Positions 1-13,039 are shown, numbered from the stretch's first letter. The stretch: 64,000 nucleotides of DNA from the human T2T-CHM13v2.0 reference genome, Homo sapiens (GCF_009914755.1 NC_060938.1), one strand, 5' to 3'. Made by a program: numbers and translations. Notes: a model not told the origin generated them from the sequence alone.

Positions 1-390
1 TTATAATAGCATCTAACAAGCAAAACCTCCGCATTTCAGTGGCTTCATGTAACACCGTTAATTCTTGCTTCCTGAACAGCTCCATGTGGTGCTTCTGGTG
101 GGCAGGTGGCCCTCTTCCTGGCTGACTCAGGGACCCCTGTGGCTCTGCTGTTCAGGGAGAGTCAGAGCCCTCTGTGTGCAGCTGGCAAAGGAGGAAAGTG
201 GCCAGGGGGATGGCCCAGCCCTATCTCAGAAACCTCAGCCCGGAAGTGGCCCACTTCCCTTCCACTCACAGTCTTTTTGAGAACAAGCTTGTGCCTGTGC
301 CTGGAAGCGAGGAGGGCTGGAACTGGGGCCCTGCTGGGAAGCCCTGTATCTGCAGAACTCTGTCCCGTGGGGGCCAGGGGACACAGATTT
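1..390 (-). mobile_element. Old MaLR LTR fragment (MLT1J/K/L-like)
   Basis: Contains typical MLT1 blocks 'atttcagtggctt', 'gactcagggaccc', 'cggaagtggcccacttcccttccactcaca' and 'gagggctggaa'. Subfamily recalled, not computed. Confidence 0.6.
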
Positions 391-864
391 TTGCAGCCCT
401 CTGATGCTGAAGCCTTTCTGGGGCTGGGATGACCCAATGCCCACCTGGACCGTGAACTTCCTGGTGACCCTCTGAGACAACTTCCTGGGCAGAGTTGATC
501 ATCATGGAGTCAGTGCAAGTCTGGGAACAGTGGCCTGAAACTGCGCAGCTCCAGTGTGTCGGTGAGCGCCGTCCTCCCAGGGCTCAGGGGAGGGCAGATG
601 AGAAACCAGAAGATCCGCAGAGCAGGAGGCTCCACCGGAGGCCCGAGCCAGGGCCACCCAGAGGAACGGGCCCTGGCTGGGGACAGAAGCCTGCTGGTGT
701 GCTCACTGCGTTTCCTTCCCCTTTGTCCCCCAGCTTTTAAACGGGTTTGAGGAAGTCTCAGGGCTACGTCAGCTGTGCTAGGGGAGCCAACGAGGGCAAC
801 TGGGCTGAAGCGAGCAGTGAATCCGAGAGGAAGTTCAGGACAAGGGGCCCTCCGTGCGGCTGAA

Positions 865-1170
865 CAGGGATCCCTCCCTGGCTGCCCTTCAGTTGGGCCC
901 TTCTCTCTGAGCTCTTCTCCACGAGACTCCACCACGGCCTGCTGAACTCAGTTTTAGCAGAGAATCCTAAGTGAGCTGATTGAGAATCCCCTCCCCTTGA
1001 CAAATGATTGAATTCCACGTCATCATTTTCCATCCACAGCCCCTCCCTTTGCCCATGGGCTGTCAATCCCCAGGTGTCCCCACTGTGTTCAGAGCTGAGT
1101 CCATCTCTGTCCCTGCTGTAATACTCTTGAGTCAAGTCTTCCTCACCATTTGTAGCTGGTCCGGGGCACC
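865..1170 (+). mobile_element. ERV1 LTR fragment, MER31-like
   Basis: 'cagttttagcagagaatcctaagtgagctgattgagaatcccctccccttga' and 'gagctgagtccatctctgtccctgctgtaatactcttgagtcaagtcttcctcacc' resemble MER31 LTR motifs. Confidence 0.6.
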
Positions 1171-2529
1171 CCACCGAGAGTAGGAGACAATTCTTCCCAT
1201 CTAGAACATTCCTTCCAGGCTCAGGACCAGTCTTGCCTGCTGGGGGATAGGGGCTGCCAAGAGGGGCTTTTCCAACATGGGCAGTGGTATGGGAGCTTGG
1301 GCCGACCGTGGCGGACTGGAGGGCAGGCATTTTGGGTGGGAACGGTGCTCACCTAAGGCTCCTTCTGCCAAGCCCCTTCTGGCCTCTGCCAGGACGGGAT
1401 GTGACAGAGTGCATCTGTGCCCGGCTGCTCAGGGCAGAGTGGGGCAGGGCAGCGTCCCTGGGGAGCAGAACCCCAGGCCTCCGCATGAGAGTGCTTCAGG
1501 GGCACCCGGGCACCCTTCTTTGAAGGTTCTTTCTGTTTTTAAGCCTCTTTTAAGCTGCCCAAGTGCCAGCTGAGGCTATTTTGGGATCAGCCATTCATCC
1601 CAGGGCTGTCTGGCCCTTCTGAAAACTCTCATTAAATTGTTCATCGACAGGAACCAAATACTTGGCCCCAGGGCCTCCAGGCCTCCCCCGATGTGTGGCC
1701 TCCTGGGGTCCTTGCCCGAGAGGCTGAGGGGGAACCTGGCTGGCCACCAAGGCCTTGTAAGTATCTTCTCCCTCAGAAATCCAAGTCTGTCTTCCAAAAC
1801 ACCCCCACCCCCGCCACTGAGTTCATGAATATTCCCTCTGTGGACACACAATTCGAACTTGCGCGCACACGGCCCACCCACCACCTGAGGGAGGGACGGC
1901 TTCCAGTAAGTAATTACTCAACACAGCGATCCCAGGACACGACCTCGGAATGGGAGAGCGGAGGCCTTTGTTGGTTCAGAGCGAAGTGGGGTGTTCCCAG
2001 GACTGGAGAACTCAGGTGGCCCCTCTAGCAGCTCTGCCTCCTTGGGATCCCATGAGCTCGGCCTCTCAAGCACAAGTGTTATCCAGAAATCTCTGGAATA
2101 GGATGAGAGATGATGAGAGGTCATTCCAGGGCCTTCCTCCCCGAGACCCTGGAAGGGCCCAAGGGAGCCTGCGGTGGGACTGGGCCCTAGATAGATCAAG
2201 GCCAGCACTGGGACGGGGTGGGCCTGTCCTCAGGAGGCCTCCAGGGCTGCTCACCTGTCAGCACCCCTGGCCTCTCTCTGAAGCTCTCATGCCCTGATCT
2301 TCCAGGTGGAGGCCCTTCAGTGAGGAGTCCCCCAGTCTGGGTGGAGAGCCAGCCCGATCGGCTTGATTCCTCCACTCTTGACACCGTGAGCCTCAGATTC
2401 TGAGAGCTTGGGAGGATGGACAGAGACTGCGGTCAGCAGGAGAATGGGAAGCAGATGGGAGAGGAAGAAGCTTGCCTTTGGTGGGGACCAGGAGGCTGGG
2501 AGCCCAGGCCCATTCACTGTAACATGTGC

Positions 2530-2897
2530 AGTAAATCCCATTATATTCATGCAAAGAATTCTACACAGCAAGGAAAAGGAAAGAGCTGTTGGCATGCCAC
2601 AACACAGGTGGATCTCACAGACCTACTGCTGAGCTAAAGAAGGCAACCACGCACATGTACATGCTGCATGGGGCCGTTTCTATCTGCCCAGAACCAGGCA
2701 AGAACCATCTATGCCAACAGCTTCATTGCTGCTGTTTCTGGGGTTGTTGACTGGAGGGGCGAGGGGACCCTCTCGGATGTGGAAATGTTCTGTGATGAGA
2801 TAGAGGTTTCCTGCATGTCTGTGCCTGTGAGATGCATCCAGCTGCACACTTCAGATGCGTGCATTTTATTGCATATGTTATGCCTTGATTTTTAAAA
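2530..2897 (+). mobile_element. L1ME 3' end fragment
   Basis: 'catgccacaacacaggtggatctcacagac', 'ggaaatgttctgtg' and 'gctgcacacttcagatgcgtgcattttattgcatatgttatgccttgatt' are typical of the L1ME 3' UTR. Confidence 0.7.
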
Positions 2898-4235
2898 GTC
2901 TTTAAATATTTAATCCTGAACATCCCTACGAAACAAATAATAAAACAGCCCTAGGCTCCTGATGTCTTGCCCAGGTCACCTACCACCCTCAGGCCTCTCT
3001 AGGAGTCAACATCTGGATGCTGATGCCTGCTTCCCCCTCCATACCTCACAGCCATCACCCAAGAGGGGGCTGTAAGACGTCTCTCTGGCCGGCACTGGAG
3101 CCAGCTTTGAGCTGCCCGAGCCTGCTTCCTACGCAGGGTGCTTTAAATCTTCCGGATCACTGAGCCTTCATTTCAGAATGCTTTATTGCTCATCTTCCTA
3201 CCACGCAGGGCTGCTGCCTGTGTCAGCTCGCACCGAGGGAGGAAAATAATTATACCCCACAGCGTCAGTTACATCGAAGGGTAGAGAGGCACCAGGCGCC
3301 TTCCCCTTCAGGATGCGCAGAGCCAAGGGGGTTTCCAATCCTGCTCCTTGCTGACCAGGGCCTCTGCATCATGACACTGACCGTCCCACACATCTGGCTG
3401 CCGCCTCCTCGCTATTACCTCATGTCTTCCTCTGCAGGCTCCCAGACTGGGGTCCTAAGATCTGGAGATGCTGCCTGCAGGTCAGGATCCAAGGGGAGTT
3501 TGGACATGACTGTGGCCCAGACAGAGCTCAGAGTCTACAAAAGCCCCACAGAGCCCACCTGTGACTTGTGACTAGGCAATGAGGTTATGCCGGCCTCACG
3601 TCCTCTGAATGCTATTGTGCCTGAGCCCCTGGGCTGCCTCCTATCCTCCTGCTCTGGACTTTGCCTCCCGATGCCCTGCCCTAGATGTTTCTGTTGGGGG
3701 ACTCCAGAGGGCTGGTGAGAACTGGGGGGTCCCTGTAGGGTGGAGAGGGTCAGAAGTCACCTATCAGTGTGGCAGACATGGCTGGTCCCAGAGCCCGGGG
3801 CTCCTGCTCTAATGGGAGGACCCCAGTGAAAGCACCCACCTGCTTCTGGCAGGGTAGCTTAACCCCCATTCCAATAGAACCTCTAGAGAATCTAATAGCC
3901 CCATCCCTATGGGCCTCTGCACAGCTCCCAATCCAGCCCCAGTCCCCTTTATGTCCCCACCACAGCCTCGTCCTGGATGACAGACGGTGGGAAGGGTTGT
4001 TACTGTCAGGACAGATGCAGTCACCATTTTCTGCAGCAAGGATCCTTAGTCATAAGTAATATTGTGCGTGGGACACCAACAGCCCAGCCCAAGAAGCATT
4101 GGTCAAACTGGGCCCAGGGAAAACCTTCCAGGATGAGCTGAAGAGAAGGTCAGCCTGCTCATCTGGATGGACATGCTGCAGCCTCAGCCCCTGGCCACCT
4201 GGGGAAGTCATGGGACTGACACCCCCCTTCCCAGC

Positions 4236-4480
4236 ACACACAGACACACCCGCAGGCACGCACGCAGGCAACACACACTTACACACTCACACATGCTCGT
4301 ATACATACATTCACAGACAGAAACACACACCCTTACATACAGGCACTCAGACACACACTCAGAGCCATGCACACATGCACTCATATGGGTACAAGTACTC
4401 ATGTGCTCACCCACACCCACATACGCACTCCCCTTGGTGCACACACGTACATACACACATGTACAGCCATGCAGTGCACG
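4236..4480. repeat. Degenerate (CA)n-rich low-complexity tract
   Basis: Interrupted acacac/acatac/acacat runs; these explain the His/Thr-rich and Cys/Val-rich spurious ORFs here. Confidence 0.9.
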
Positions 4481-4634
4481 CACTGGTTTTTGGGTACAGG
4501 CCAGCTTCTGTAACCTGGATCTAGGGACAACCTCCTGTAAGTCTGCAGAGGCGAAGTCTGGCCAACACACGCAGCTGCCCTCCTGAACAGAATATCGTCA
4601 GCCTCAACATCAGCATCGGGGTTCCCTCCTTACA

Positions 4635-5130
4635 CAGGGGTCCCCCCCTTATCGGGGGGGGGTGCGTTCCAAGACCCCCAGTGGAAGCCTGAAACTTGGG
4701 TAGGACTGGACCTTATTCTACTGTGTTTTTTCCTGTATATGCATACCTATGATGAAGTTTATCAGGCACGGGAAGAGATTAACCACAATAGTTAATAACC
4801 CAGATAGAACAATGATAACAATATGCCAGCACTGCTTCTCCACACTTTGTGGCCATGATGAGATAAAATAAGGGTGACTTGACCACCAGCACTATGACAT
4901 CATGACGGTCGACCTGGTCATCGAGAGGGCTCCTAGGTGACTAAGAGGTAGGAAGGGCGCCTACAGTGTGGAGACGCTGGACAAAGGGGGACGCGTGTCC
5001 AGGGTGGGAAGGTGAGAGATTTCATCCGGCCGTGCAGAACGACATGCAATTGAAAACTTAGGGATTGTTTCTTTCTGGGATTTCTGTTTAATATTTTTGG
5101 ACCTCAGTGGACCACGGGTAAGGGACTCAT
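4635..5130 (-). mobile_element. MER44B-like non-autonomous TcMar-Tigger DNA transposon
   Basis: Begins 'cagggg tcccccccttatc...ttccaagacccccagtgga' and contains 'catacctatgatgaagtttat', 'aataagggtgacttga' and 'ctggacaaaggg', matching reverse-complemented MER44B. Confidence 0.85.
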
Positions 5131-6869
5131 ATGCCCTGGCGTGGGAGGAGGTTCCCGTCTAGGGGGTGGCATGGCCTGAGGGGTGGGTCAGGCACGTGTG
5201 ACCCTGCTGCGCGTCCCCTCTGCCCACCCTCCTCCTGCCTCCGGCCCAGTCGCTGGTTCCCAAGGAAACCTCTCTAAAGTCGTGGCCAGTGAAACCACAG
5301 CGCCCTACCAGGCCCCATCCCTGGACCCATCCTGCCATCTCCCCGCCGTCTGCCCAGGGACCCATGGCTCCTCCCCAGCTGCTCCTCAGCACCCGGGTCT
5401 GGGGCACGTCGGCACTCCTGGAGGCCTCTTGTGACTGGTGCCTCCTCCGTCACCCTCCTAGACCATGAGGAAGAAATGAGACCCAGGTGTCTGCAGCGTC
5501 TCGGAACCCGGTTCTGTTGCTCACCATAAAGCTCTGCCGAGCGCCCTCAGGTGAGCAGAGGCGGCCCTGGCCTATCACTGTGTGCCGAGGACCAACCCCA
5601 GGGCAGAGATGGAGGCTGTGCTGGTGCCCTCGGGGGGCCAGATCCTGCCTAGGAGAGACCCTGCCTTTGGCCCCAAAGCGGGAGCTTCCTCCCAGCACTT
5701 GGCTGGGGGCCGTACAGCGATGGACAGCCCCACAGGAAGATGGTTCCAGACAGCTGAAGTCATGTTTATTGTATACATGCCATAGATACTGTCCTGTGGT
5801 CAATTAGCCACCAATGCGATGAGGAGAATGAGAAGAGACAGGGCCTCCTCGGTTTCCAGCTTGGCCCTGAGCCCTGGGATTTCTGCTCTGGAAAGCGAAG
5901 GCCACTCGTGATCCTTGCGGGCCGGTCTCCGAGCCCTCTTGCTCCCGCGCGTGGTGCAGAGACAGCCAAAGCTATGTGTTCTCAGGACCCCTTGGTTCTC
6001 AGTTTGACGAGATGAGGCAGGCTGGCCACCAATGTTCCAAACTATTCCTTGACCACTATGGGCTTGAGAGAGCCTTGTTGTTCTGTGGAATTTGGGCATC
6101 AGAGAATGAAGAGGACCTGGGAGCTTCTCGTGCCCTCCTCATTTCTCGGACCAGGAAACAGAGGCCCCAAAGAAAGGGGCTTGTAGGACAGTATGCATGG
6201 AGCCCCTGGCCTGGGCTCATAGCCCCCATAGCCCCTCCTTCAAGGCCAGGGACTGAGACATCACAACCTGGCTGCAGGTTCTGGGATGGGGAGCTCACCC
6301 TTTGGCAAGGCTGCCTGCCCTGTCCACTTCTGGGAGAAGAACCCCAGGTGACAGGAAGTCCTTCATTACACCAGCCAAGGCCCCCTTGCCCCGGGGCCCC
6401 TACCTCTGCTCAGTTCTGTACTTTTCAGCTCTCCGCCACTCTGCCACGACCCCCAAACGAGACCCTGGAGACAGTGATCTCAGCCCCTGCAGCCCTGCTC
6501 AGCCAACAGCCACACACCCCCAGCCCTCAGGCCTGGGCCCCAGTCCTTGGACACGCTGGGTCACCTCCTATGACTGCTGGGTGTGGACCCTCAGCAAACC
6601 CCACAGTGGGGGAAAAACTCATCCTAACCATGGCCCTAGACAGCGAGGAGTTTCTCGTAAGCTGAGGTCATTCTCCAATCAAATGAGAGAAGAGCTGGGG
6701 AAACACTTCCCAAGCTCTAAAGAGGTTACGGATGTTTATTAGATTATATATGTCCTGCCAGATGTCCACAGGAACATTCACCGTCGGATCTTATGTAACT
6801 AATCGTGTCAGTAACCATGTCCAGACTCACGCCCTCCCTAACCAGTCCCACATGTCAGATGTACACACA

Positions 6870-7012
6870 CTGGTAACGAGAGCTGACACATAGGGAGCCC
6901 TTCCACAGGCCGTCAGCCCGCTGTCAGTGTTAACTCATTTATTGCCCACAACAACCCCAGGCAGGTATTGCTGGGGTTCGTGTTCCCTAAGGCAAATACT
7001 GAGGCATGGAGA
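6870..7012 (-). mobile_element. MIR SINE
   Basis: 'taactcatttattgcccacaacaacccc...actgaggcatggaga' is a MIR core. Confidence 0.65.
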
Positions 7013-7224
7013 CGCTGCCGTTTTCTGTGCATGCACACACACACTGTACAACCATGTTAGACAAACTGCTGATGAAAGATCAAAAGGCACAGAGTTGTTG
7101 CATGTAGATAAGCATACATTTGTATATAAATTTGTTCATTCTTATACTTATTTCAGAGAAGGATTTCAGGAAAGGTGTGCTCAAGGCGACCTAAGATGCA
7201 CAAGTGGTGGCAAAGCCTGCAAGG

Positions 7225-7660
7225 TCCCTGCTGATGATGTCTCTGTCCTCATCTCCTTCCTGCCTCCTCTTGCTGGCTCCAGCCATACAAACCTCCTTGT
7301 TATTTCCAGAACATTCATGGCCCTTTCCAGGCATGAGGCTCTGCCACCTCAACCACCACATCTAGCTCCTTCACAGTAATCAATTCTCAGCTAAAATGTC
7401 GTCTCCTCAGAGCGCTCTTCTTCACTGTCCACAGATCACCACTATTATAGAGCAGTCCTTGCCCAAGCCAGTTACTTATCCCATGTTCCTGTTTAAGTCT
7501 CATCCCAGCACTTTGGATCTTGTACTTTGACTTGCTGCTTTTCAATGATGCTAGATTATCATCTCCCTGAGCGCCTTTGCACTTGGGTGTTGCTGTGATC
7601 CTAGCCCCTTGCCCAGTGTCTGGTAAGACAGGGTGCTCGGTAAGGGAATGAATGAATGAG
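7225..7660 (+). mobile_element. L2 3' end
   Basis: 'ctccagccatac', 'tctcagctaaaatgtcgtctcctcagag', 'cccagtgtctggtaagacagggtgctcggtaa' and a (TGAA)n tail. Confidence 0.75.
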
Positions 7661-8809
7661 TTACAGGAGAATAAAATGAGTAGATGAGGAAGGAAGGCAT
7701 GGACAACAGCAGCAAGTGGAGTCAGATCTGAAGCTCACAAAGTTCCTGCCTTGAAATCCTATTTACTGAGCTTCCTAGTAGCCATGGTGAAAAAAGAAGC
7801 ATGATCAGTCTACAGGAGTGAAAGGACAACTAGATACGCCACACTAGTGGGTCAGGAGGCATGTGGCTCTTTTTGATACGGAAGCCAGATGGCTGTTTTC
7901 CCCTGAGAGACCTCCCAAAGAAGTGGCAGCCATGATCTCACAGCTATGTGCCCCCCAACCTCTTCGTGGTGCAGATAGGCACACTTGGGGATATGGCTGA
8001 CTTTCAACACAGCCTCCTGGTGGCTGTTCTCACAGAAGAGTGGAAACAAGGAAGCTGCTTTCATGCCTGGCCCCACTGAGGGTGACCGTGCCCACATCTA
8101 GATGGGAGAGGCAGCTGCAGGGCCCTGAGAGGAGCGGTGGATGGTGGGTGTTCTGGCCATCACGGGGCTTCAGCCTCTGCCTGGCGTGCCGTCGCTCAGG
8201 AACAGACATGGAAGAGGCAGAGCACCTCCCATCCCACCTGCGGTAGAAATCATGATCTTAGGAAAGACAGTTCCCACGCACCCGGAGATTCCCGGCAGGT
8301 AGGATCCGGGGCAGGGTGCAGGGGCGTCAAGCTCCATGTGCGGTTCACTCGGCTCAGATGGTAACTAATCCCTCTCCAGAGAGGCAAAGGCGGAGGCGGT
8401 CGATACCCGCTCAATGGCTGAACACAGTCTGGAATGTTTTTGACAGGTTTCTCCTCAAGGTGGTAAAAAGTCTAACGGTCTGCAGAGTCTTGGCCGTGTC
8501 AAAACCCATCTGCAAAAAGCAAGGGGCTCCTGCGGGGCTCGTGTTTGCCGAGTGGAGACATAGCTCCTGGGCTCTGCTCGGCCCATCGAGGTTGGCTGGC
8601 CCCCTTGGGCTCCTGTTGCTCTCTGCCTCCCCCCAGCCTGTGTGCGTGGCAGGAAGCAGCAGCTAGAGAGGGCATTCAAGCAGGCAGAGGACGTCGGCAG
8701 AGCCGGGCACAGGAAAAACCCCACTGAACCCAAAAAGAGTTCCACTGCAGGTACTGTCCGTGTCTACAGGAGGCCGCAGGGTCACGGGGATCGCGTATGC
8801 GCAAAGTCC

Positions 8810-9400
8810 CCTAACATTAAAATGACATTTGAAGCAGGATACACGTGTTAATTTACACTTTAAACTCACAGAATTGAGGGAAGTGAATAAAAAGGAGAGT
8901 AATTAATTAGAAGGGAATATAGCAAAGTCCAGAAGACATTCTTGCTTCAGTGAATGGGGCCAGGGGGGAAAACTGGCGTCTAAGAGATAATGAAATCTCA
9001 TCTTGTGTCTAATCCATGTTCTCGGCCTCTGAGCAGATGAAATGGTATAAAAAATAGAAATTGACAATGGGTCTAAAATTGCTTATTGATGAAACCGTGG
9101 AATTACGTGATAGAAGAAATCAATTAAGTACTAAGAGGTGAGGCCCCTGTGGAAAGAAGAGGCTTGGAAATTAACAAAGGAAATTGAGTTGGGTGGTGAG
9201 AAAAGGGCTAGAAATTATCTTGCCAAAGGAAAAGTAAAAATAGAAGGCCACTTTGAAAGACTATATCATTAAAAAAAAGTATGATGGAAGAGAGACTTGA
9301 AAATTGCATTCACCAGGGAAAGAAGCCTTCTCAAAATAGAAAGAAAACAGGGAACAATTTGCTGACTGAGCTCAAAAGCATCAAAAGCAATAAAACCCAC
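8810..9400 (+). mobile_element. Possible ancient RTE-clade LINE (L4-like) ORF fragment
   Basis: A-rich island. 9076-9138 translates KLLIDETVELRDRRNQLSTKR, and the downstream frame reads MMEERLENCIHQGKKPSQNRKK; both recall the endonuclease-RT linker of RTE-type LINEs. Inference only. Confidence 0.35.
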
Positions 9401-9570
9401 AGAAAACAACAGCTCAAAGGAGAACATCAGGTCCACTTTGACGTTTTCCAGATGGGCAAACTGAGGCCCCAGGAGGGGCAGATTCTGCAGAGGAGATGCT
9501 TGTCTGCCATCCGTCCATCCCTCCTTCCTTCCACTCAGGAGGAGAAAGAGACAAGGGAGGAGGTGGCAGG

Positions 9571-10212
9571 GAGAGAATGAGAGAGAGAATGACAGAGAGA
9601 GAGAGAGAGAATGACAGAGAGAGAATGACAGAGAGAGAGAGAATGACAGAGAGAATGAGAGAGAGAATGAGAGAGAGAGAATGAGAGAGAGAGAATGACA
9701 GAGAGAGAGAATGACAGAGAGAGAATGACAGAGAGAGAGAATGAGAGAGAGAGAATGAGAGAGAGAGAATGACAGAGAGAGAGAATGACAGAGAGAGAAT
9801 GACAGAGAGAGAATGACAGAGAGAGAGAATGGGAGAGAGAATGACAGAGAGAATGAGAGAATGACAGAGAGAGAGAATGACAGAGAGAGAGAGAATGACA
9901 GAGAGAATGAGAGAGAGAATGGCAGAGAGAGAGAATGAGAGAGAGAGAATGAGAGAATGAGAGAGAGAGAATGAGAGAATGACAGAGAGAGAGAATGAGA
10001 GAATGACAGAGAGAGAGAATGAGAGAGAGAGAATGAGAGAGAGAGAATGAGAAAGAAAGAATGAGAGAGAATGAGAGAGAGAGAATGAGAGAGAATGACA
10101 GAGAGAATGAGAGAGAGTGAGAATGAGAGAGAGAGAATGAGAGAGAGAGAATGAGAGAGAATGACAGAGAGAGAATGAGAGAGAGTGAGAATGAGAGAGA
10201 GAGACAGAGACA
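9571..10212. repeat. ~640-bp compound microsatellite, (GA)n punctuated by AAT / AATGACA
   Basis: Directly visible; units such as GAGAGAGAATGACA and GAGAGAAT. Confidence 0.97.
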
Positions 10213-10599
10213 GGGAAAGAGACCCCACATGGCCCCCGAGAGCTGGGTGGAAGACAGCCCGGTTGGTGCTGAGTATCCAACGCAGGGGCCGCAATTTGCT
10301 GGATTCCAGTCCCCACGTCCAGCCCACACACTGGAGGGGAGGAGGACCAAACCTCCAAATTCCCAAACCATCATGTTCCAGACTTGAGAGGACAAAAACA
10401 GAGACCCCCTCCACGTGCCTGCTGCTCCCCAGCTTTCTGGCTGTGGCCGCCAGCAGTTCCATCCACCCCCATGCTCAGACCAGAGCCCAGGAGCCTCCTG
10501 GCCAGCTCCGTCCCTACCGCCAGTAGGTCCTGTGGGTCCTGCCAGCCCTGACTCCAAAGCATGGCCCCTGGCTGGGGCAGCCATGTTGGGCTCTACCCA

Positions 10600-10882
10600 G
10601 CTGTCTCCTCCTCAGCGAGCCCCTCCTCCTGACCCCCTATCTAGAGGAGCCCTGTCCCCACCAGCCATAGCCACACCCACTCACCCAGTCCCTGTTTTGT
10701 CTTTGTTACAGCATGATTGTGGCCTGGTGTTACCTGACATGTTCATTTGCTTGCTCCTCTCTTGCCTCCCACCCACTAGAATGTCAGCTCCTGGAAGCTA
10801 AGGACCTTGTCCATTGTTGCTGCTTGCCTAGAAATCTTGGTGCGTAGAAGACATTCAATAAATGTTTGTTGAATGAATAAGT
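10600..10882 (+). mobile_element. L2a 3' end
   Basis: 'ccactagaatgtcagctcctggaagctaaggaccttgtc...gcctagaa...tagaagacattcaataaatgtttgttgaatgaata'. Confidence 0.85.
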
Positions 10883-13039
10883 GACAGCCTCTGGCCTGAG
10901 CCAGATGCCCCTTGTCAGAGCTCCCACTGCAGCCTGCATTCTGTCCCTGTCCCCTGCCCTGTGAATCCCTTATCTGTCAGAGCTATCACTCCTGTGAGAC
11001 TCAACCCCTCCAGGTTGGCCTCGGATCAGAGCCCCAGCACCTGGGACAGAGCAGGTGCCCCAGGCGTTTTGCCGAGTGGCTGATATACTCAGTTCAGAGC
11101 TGGCTGGGGGTGCTTCAAGCCAGATTTCAGAACTCAGAGGTTCATGCAGCTCCTGCATTTTCAGACAAGGAAACCGAGATCCACAGAGCTCATGGTGTGT
11201 GCCCCCAGGAACCTCAGGGCCAGCTGTGTCGGCCAGCATCTGTCTGCTCAGTCGGGCTGGGAGATGGGCAGCCGATACCTTCTGGGCATAGCAGAGATAA
11301 GAGGGCAGTGCTGGGCCCCTCAGGAAGTAGCATCTCCTCCTCCCTCCTCCTACTTCTGCTTAGGTGAAAATTGGATCTTCCCACCAGGAGGCTCAACCAA
11401 TTTCTAGCCCCTGCAGGGGCTGTTCTGTTAATAATGTGTGGCAAGGATGGCCAGTCACAGGCCCGGCCGCTGTCCCCGGGAGCTCCTGTGTCCAAAGCTC
11501 CAGGTACGTAGGCAGCACGATCTTTCTGAGCCACAAGGAGACAGGCTTCCTGGGGCAGGGCAGGTGCTGCAGGGTCAGGACACCCCACGACTCCCCATGC
11601 CCCACTCTCCCCAAGATGCGCTGGTCCACACCAAGCCCAGCGTTTACTGCCTGCTGCATGCCCGAGAGGGCAGCAAGTCAGGGAGTCACCTTGTTCACGG
11701 AACCTCTGTTCTGGACCAGACCCTGCACCAGGGCCCAAGGCTGCGTAACTGTGATTCAGCCCTCCCGTGGCTGCTTGCCAGGCTCAGGGGGGGGTCCCTG
11801 CATCCTGGCTGGCATCTTCTGTTGAACGTAAGACAGGCATTTGAGGCCCACATGGGACCTCTGTAGATGGAGTCAAGGCCTGGGGTGGGAAACCCCAATC
11901 CTCACTGCAGGTCTGTGCAGGGTCTGGGAGGGGTCCCAGAACCTCAGACTTCCTGTCTGAAGGATGGGTGATGGCTTCCAGCTGGAGGTCTCCTAGCTGT
12001 GCCTGTGATGGCTCTGCCTGCTTTGTAGCGTGAGCCCAGAAACCACCATCTGGGAGAAACTAGGATCCCCTGGGCAGAGTCTCCCTAGCTCCCAGCATAG
12101 TGGGTCTGGTGGAGATGGCACAGGCGGGCAGGGATTGACCCATGACCGCTAGGCACCTCTGCCCTCTCACCTCCCTGGAGACAGACTTGGCCTGTGTCTC
12201 TCCACAGGGCAGCCCCCCACCCACCTGCTCAGCCAGATGTTCTCTCCAGGCACCGTGCCTCGAAAGCCCACCCAAGGGGCCGAGGGGCCCCCACACCCTG
12301 TCCTCGGAATTCTGGGGCTGTCACCCATGAAAGGGAGAAGGTGTGGACCCAATGGGATGGAATAGATACATAGATCAAACAGAAGGAAAGGGGATGTGTG
12401 CACCAGAATGGAAACTACACAGCAATGTGGAATGAATGGATCAAATCGTTATTTTATACCATAAGAATGATCGTATTTTCTGTGCTCCATAAGAAGGATG
12501 TGCAATCAGATCACCCTCTGACATTTACAAAACAAGCTCATCATTCTTTCTCATTCAGTGAAAACCATCCAGGGTAGGTGCTTTCCCCTCGCTGTATAGG
12601 AAAGGACGCCAAAGCTCCAAGGAGGGAAGAGACACAGTCTTCGAGTCTCCAGCCCACTGGTGTCATCTTTGAGGGCTTCGGTCCAGGCCTGCCTGGTCCG
12701 GCCTCAGCCACAGCCCCAGGGGGCCCCATCTCAAAGTCTCTGGAACCTGTATCTGACCAGCTGGTTTCAGACGGGCTTGGGAGGTGAACTTGGGGCAGAG
12801 GAAAGGAGCTTTCATTTCTGATAAAACCGAGTCACCGCACCTGGACAGTCCCTTGATACCTGTAGGTATCTGACATTTGCAACCTGGTCCAACAGCCCAG
12901 TTTCTCCAGGGCACAAAGTCAGCCACAATTCCAGAGAGTTTTTTCTTGTTTGTTTTTAATGTTGGGAAATTGCATGACCAAATTCATTTTACAAAGATCA
13001 CTCTTGCTCACGTAAAGAAGACTAATTCGAAGGACAAAT

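Noticed and set aside
5976-6665. 229-aa plus-strand ORF, and similar 150-220 aa ORFs at 764, 32057, 61023 and 62511
   Set aside because: No recognisable domain, Pro/Gly/Ser/Ala bias expected from GC-rich non-coding DNA, several non-ATG starts, and overlapping ORFs in other frames.
9269-10584. Three long minus-strand ORFs (397, 314 and 349 aa)
   Set aside because: They are Ser/Leu/His/Phe low-complexity translations of the (TC)n/CATT microsatellite, which lacks stop codons; there is no gene context.
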